Positions 59,728 through 64,000 of a stretch of DNA of 64,000 nucleotides are shown piece by piece. The first letter of the stretch is position 1. Each line of letters starts with the position of its first letter. A program made the translations under genes and the position numbers. The stretch lies in NCBI GenBank assembly GCA_963823665.1, contig CAWGMQ010000004.1:1376001-1440000 (forward strand), given 5' to 3'. Source of the stretch: an uncultured Planctomycetota bacterium (GTDB lineage Bacteria > Planctomycetota > Planctomycetia > Isosphaerales > Isosphaeraceae). Under the pieces are notes generated by a model. That model was not told the origin of the DNA. It saw only the letters and a program-made list of their open reading frames with translations, and searched no databases.

Positions 59728-62487
59728 TTACCGCAGCTTTTTCTTTTCCCGAGTACCGTCAAAGTCCACAAACTGCGTCTCGATCTTCAAAAAAACACAC
59801 CCGTTGCTGGCCAAGTGCGTCGAAATCCGAACCCGCCCGTCGGCGTCGCTACGAGCGCTGTTCCCTCCCGTCCATCGGTACTCGCAGAGCTTCTGCACCC
59901 GCTCAACATCCGTCCGCGGATAAGCCGCCGGCGCAAGTAGCGTCTTGATCGCATCCTTCGCCAGGTCGCGCAAACCTGCGTCTTGATCCTGCCCCACCAG
60001 CTTCAGAATGGCGCCCGCCACCTCCTGGCGACCAGTCGCATCCAGCTTCGTCACCGCCTCGAGCGCCGCGCGCTTCTCGGCACGATCGCCCCCTTCAAGT
60101 GCGCGATGCAAAGACGCCACCCGCGCCGGGTCACTCGCGCCTGCTCCAGCCGGTCGATCACGCAGCGCCCGCGCCTCGGCAAACGGCGTGTTCTCATTCT
60201 TGCTGAAATGAAAGGCGAGCACGCGATAGAGCCGATTCGCCTCAACCCCGTCCAGCTCGAGCGTCACATCAAATGACGCCTCCGAGCGCGACTGAGTATC
60301 CTCCGGTTGATGTGTGTAAAGAACGGCGCGAATCACACCGCTATCATCCCGCGACGCAAAGCCGCCGATCCGATGCCCGCCGATCTGCTGCGGCTCCAGC
60401 ACCCAGTATCGATCTCCTAGATCCGAGAGCAGCCCCAGCACATGAAAGATCGGCATCGGCACAGTCACCGTCCGATCGCCGCGGCCGTCGCCATCGTCAT
60501 CGACGTGCACCACGCGCGAAACCGCGTTGATCCCCGCGAAATTCGCCGGCGGCGGCCATACCGTCAAAATCGTTTCACCGTAGGCGTAGCGTCGGTCCCT
60601 GGCCGCCTGCAATAGCTGACGATGTACCACGTCGAGGCACCAAGTGGGGAAAAAACCATTGCCCAGGTACGAATCGATTGCCGCCTCGTCCGGCGGCGGC
60701 AGCCAGTCCGGACAGGCCTCATGGGAGTCGACCCAGAGGTTCCTGTAGTATTCTGGATCAATCCCAAGCGCGATCTCCTTGGCTTTGATCAGCTTCGCCA
60801 CCATCATCTCCGACTTGTTGTACGCGTGGATCGAGATAAAATCACATGGACTTCCTTTACCTCCATGCTGCCGGCATAGCGTCTCGACGCGCCGCGACCG
60901 CCTACCTTCTAGCCGCTTGTCCGCAAACGCCGCATTGAGAGGCAGGGCGCCTGGCGCGGCCGCGTTCGGCGAGCAATGCGCAAGAAACTCCTTGAGCCTC
61001 AAGTTCACCCCAAAGATCGCGCCCAGCTCGAGCCCACCGATTGAAACCTTTCGCGAGTCGAACCCACGATCTTCATACGCCCGCAGCACGGCATCGGTCG
61101 AATAATCGTAAAACGTTTGCAGCTCGTTCCAGTCCGCCCGCCAGAACATCCGCCCGAGATCCGGCTCGTTGAAGATGCTCCATGGAAAGTCGAGCGCGTC
61201 GGCGCCATAGCGGGCAATGACGTGGCCGGCCAGCGCGCGGACGACTTCGTGCCACTGGGCGTAATCCTTCACGGTCGTCCAGCTTCGTCCATCGCGCGAA
61301 AGATCGCCGGCCGCATCCGCCAGGTTCGCGAGCACCCGCCGGCTGCGCCGATGCGCGAAGTCCCACTCCTTGTCGAGCCGGCCCCAGTAATAGCACGCCG
61401 TGCCGTACGGCTTGAACTTTCGCAGATAGCAACCTCCAGGCGCGAAGAGCCCGGGGGCGTCCGAGTCTTCCCACCGGGGCAGGGGCCCTTCGTAGGCGAT
61501 TTTCCACCCACCGGGCGGATTCGCGACCGATTCAACGGTTACTGTCCTCGCCGCGCTGTCCGCGGAAACCACCTTCGTCCGAGCGTCATGAACTCCGTCC
61601 GCGATCAGAACTTCGTCGCCAGGATGGTAATCGTCTCCCACAGGCCGCCCGTCGGGAATGTTGTATTTCTCGTGGCCAAGGAAGTCTTCAACGCGAAGCA
61701 CCAGTCTCTTGTCGCGCGGCTTGATTGCCGCGATGCGCCTGGTCTCGCGCTCGCGCACGATGTTCGGCAGATTGACCGGGAGGAATGCATTCGGCCGATA
61801 CTCTGTGCCGGTCATCCAGAAATCGCGCTGATAGCTCCAGGCCTTCGGGTGCTGCTTGCGAGCCTCGTCCATCAAATCGAAAGTCGGCTCATAGTTCGCG
61901 GCCTGCGTGCAAAAGACGACGTTGCAAATGCCCGAAAAGAACCTCCCATGCCATTGCACCGACTCGCATTGCAGATCAAGCTCGAACTTGACCGGGTGAA
62001 CCGCCGGTGCTGCCTCGGTGGTGAAGCTCCACTCGTGCGTGGCGGCGAGCGCCGGTTGGCCCGCGCTCGCCGTGACTATCACGCTGTAGGTCTTGTTTGC
62101 CACCAATGGTCCGTCAGGCTCGACGTAAACGGCCAGTGACTTCTTGCCCTGAAGGTCCTGCTTCGGGCGCAACCAACCGCGACAGCCCTCGGCAAAATGT
62201 CCGGCCGATCGAATCAATTCGACCCGAGCGCCGCCTTCCGGCTGAAGGCTGACCGAGACAGACGCAGGCTGAACGTCGGCCGGTTTGGCTCCCTGCGCAG
62301 CATCGAGCTCGAAGTAAATACTCGTTCGCAATGGCACGTTGCGGGCACCGTGCGCCGGGCGCGGGCTGCCGTGCGGGTCAGGCAGCCGCTCGATCAGCTT
62401 GACTTGCTGTGCGAAGCCAGGAATGGATGCAGCGGCCGCGAACGCAAGCCCGATCAGGCCGGCAAACGAACGACGTTGTGTAATCAT
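59728..62487 (-). CDS. Secreted protein with Ig-like domain and GH-A clan (GH39-like) catalytic domain
   Basis: Signal peptide, Big_5-like (VPLRTSIYF...WSFTT), WSIFNEPD, DFISIHAY, VDSHEA. Confidence 0.55.
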   Translation of the reverse strand: MITQRRSFAGLIGLAFAAAASIPGFAQQVKLIERLPDPHGSPRPAHGARNVPLRTSIYFELDAAQGAKPADVQPASVSVSLQPEGGARVELIRSAGHFAEGCRGWLRPKQDLQGKKSLAVYVEPDGPLVANKTYSVIVTASAGQPALAATHEWSFTTEAAPAVHPVKFELDLQCESVQWHGRFFSGICNVVFCTQAANYEPTFDLMDEARKQHPKAWSYQRDFWMTGTEYRPNAFLPVNLPNIVRERETRRIAAIKPRDKRLVLRVEDFLGHEKYNIPDGRPVGDDYHPGDEVLIADGVHDARTKVVSADSAARTVTVESVANPPGGWKIAYEGPLPRWEDSDAPGLFAPGGCYLRKFKPYGTACYYWGRLDKEWDFAHRRSRRVLANLADAAGDLSRDGRSWTTVKDYAQWHEVVRALAGHVIARYGADALDFPWSIFNEPDLGRMFWRADWNELQTFYDYSTDAVLRAYEDRGFDSRKVSIGGLELGAIFGVNLRLKEFLAHCSPNAAAPGALPLNAAFADKRLEGRRSRRVETLCRQHGGKGSPCDFISIHAYNKSEMMVAKLIKAKEIALGIDPEYYRNLWVDSHEACPDWLPPPDEAAIDSYLGNGFFPTWCLDVVHRQLLQAARDRRYAYGETILTVWPPPANFAGINAVSRVVHVDDDGDGRGDRTVTVPMPIFHVLGLLSDLGDRYWVLEPQQIGGHRIGGFASRDDSGVIRAVLYTHQPEDTQSRSEASFDVTLELDGVEANRLYRVLAFHFSKNENTPFAEARALRDRPAGAGASDPARVASLHRALEGGDRAEKRAALEAVTKLDATGRQEVAGAILKLVGQDQDAGLRDLAKDAIKTLLAPAAYPRTDVERVQKLCEYRWTGGNSARSDADGRVRISTHLASNGCVFLKIETQFVDFDGTREKKKLR

Positions 62488-62552
62488 CTCAGAGTCTCTG
62501 GCCCGCCATGTATCAACACTCAGGCCAGAGTACCGCTGATAGAGACACGACG

Positions 62553-64000
62553 CTATTCAACTTCCAGTGGAAGCTGCGCCCTGATCGATCGCCAAAGCCG
62601 CTTCCACCGTAAATCGGGCGGCAGTGAAAAGGCCTCTGCCACAAGCAGCCGGGCCTCATTCCAGCCCTCAGCGGGGGATTGCGCCTGGGCTCCGGGCAAA
62701 AGCTCGAGCAACTGCACACCGGCCCTCGGGTCCAGGCACGCTTTGGCGGTGAGCGCACTCGATGTCAGCTCACCGCTTCGACTCTTTTCTGCTACGACCG
62801 ATTGAATATAAGCATTCATCGGCTCGAACAACACGGCTGCCGCGTCGCGGTTGTAGTGTGAGAGCAACATGCACAGAGCGCCGATTGCGGACCTCTGAAG
62901 CCTGTCTTCGTCGTCGGCGTCGATGCGCACGTGAAGCGCCACCGCTCGCCAGAAGAACTCGGCCAATCGCTCGGGCGCAACCTGTTCGACGACCGGCAAG
63001 ATCACGGCTGCCGGGTTGGTCGGATAGATCGCGTCCGTGCCATCCAGGTTCGTGATCGGTTCAACACCCGGTCCGGATTCCAGCATGCTGTCGATCGCCT
63101 CGAGTGAGCGATCGAGCGACTCAAGGGCGGCCGCCTTGTCATGCGCGGCCACACCGATCGCCGTGGACGCCCAAGCACACGCACGCGCCCCCGGCGTTTC
63201 GATGCCGGCGGCGATCCGCCGGGCGCGCGGCAGATCGACTTCCGCCAACCGCCGACATAGCCGCACGATCGTCCCGTACATGAAGAAACCGGTCCGTTCT
63301 TCGATCAAGCCGAAAAGCTTCTCGGCTTCGGCCGGATGAGAAGCCGACAATTCGACGGCGGCGTTACCATACCGCATGTCGCGGTCACGCGCATTCGAGA
63401 TCTTCTGGATTCGCGCCAAAGCCTCCGCGGGATCGAGCCGTGCAGCCTGGTCCATGAAAGCGGAGGCGAACGTTGGATTGCCGATCGGCCTCGAATTCAG
63501 GATCTTGAGCCCCTCTTCCACGAGCGGCTTCGCCGATTCGAGCATGCCAAGATCCAGCAGCTCTTTTATGACTGGTCCTAGCGTGCTGAGTTTGACCGGG
63601 ATCGCCGGAATCGCCCGCGCCTGGACGATCGCTTCATCGAGCAGCGCTCGCTTGCGATCTTGGGCCGATCTCGGAAGCGCTGCGGCCAGCCGGACCAGGA
63701 AGTTCACTTTCAAACGCGGCTCCGAGATCGCCGCGACTTGAGCCTGGGCATCCGTTGCGTCCTTACCAGCCGCTTGGATCGCCAGCTCGCCGCGCAACTG
63801 TTCCACAATGCGGGCATTCTTGATCTTGCCGTCGTTCAGAATCTCGCGAACACGGCCAGGCTCGAATTCGATCACACTCATGAGCGGCATATACTTGGCG
63901 AAATCGTCGTCGCCGGCCATCACCGATTTCAAGGACTGTTCAAGCAGGCGCGCGCCCAGGGCCTTCAATTCGGTGTCGAGAAGTGGGTCAGCGAGCGGAG
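62553..64000 (-). CDS. Helical-repeat hypothetical protein; 5' end outside window
   Basis: Long open frame with Ala/Leu-rich helical repeats running to the window edge. Confidence 0.65.
   Translation of the reverse strand, partial: PLADPLLDTELKALGARLLEQSLKSVMAGDDDFAKYMPLMSVIEFEPGRVREILNDGKIKNARIVEQLRGELAIQAAGKDATDAQAQVAAISEPRLKVNFLVRLAAALPRSAQDRKRALLDEAIVQARAIPAIPVKLSTLGPVIKELLDLGMLESAKPLVEEGLKILNSRPIGNPTFASAFMDQAARLDPAEALARIQKISNARDRDMRYGNAAVELSASHPAEAEKLFGLIEERTGFFMYGTIVRLCRRLAEVDLPRARRIAAGIETPGARACAWASTAIGVAAHDKAAALESLDRSLEAIDSMLESGPGVEPITNLDGTDAIYPTNPAAVILPVVEQVAPERLAEFFWRAVALHVRIDADDEDRLQRSAIGALCMLLSHYNRDAAAVLFEPMNAYIQSVVAEKSRSGELTSSALTAKACLDPRAGVQLLELLPGAQAQSPAEGWNEARLLVAEAFSLPPDLRWKRLWRSIRAQLPLEVE

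Overview
High-GC bacterial DNA, inferred to be Planctomycetota and probably Isosphaeraceae-like. The basis is a DUF1559 prepilin-like protein, an ECF sigma / giant Ser/Thr kinase pair with an FPADPF C-terminus, a kinase-FGE protein and DUF2294. More than 20 small (1-2 base) frameshifts are spread over the whole window, most likely long-read indel errors. The window has two parts. (1) ~2.07-30.7 kb is an integrase-less genomic island bounded by an intact tRNA-Val(TAC) and a displaced 3' tRNA-Val fragment, with nested tRNA-Leu(TAA) remnants. It carries an almost entirely minus-strand fermentation/H2 cassette: gap, ppsA, pgk, PFOR nifJ, a DHOD-like flavoprotein, hoxEFUYH, truncated hoxW, pfkA, an RND pump, eno and MaoC-phosphate acyltransferase, plus decayed stress genes. 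(2) ~30.8-64 kb is backbone: an NSAR/OSBS-M20-GNAT D-amino-acid operon, Tat oxidoreductase, DUF1559, cmk-plsC fusion, PolX, a uronate-isomerase-like gene, the ECF-kinase module, Uma2 and a GH-A-clan-like secreted protein. The best candidate for an undescribed system is a five-gene, tightly spaced operon led by a highly divergent form IV RuBisCO-like protein, followed by a Gfo/Idh/MocA dehydrogenase, TIM-barrel isomerase, alpha/beta hydrolase and Rpe, with no kinase. All calls come from motif recognition by eye; no searches were run.
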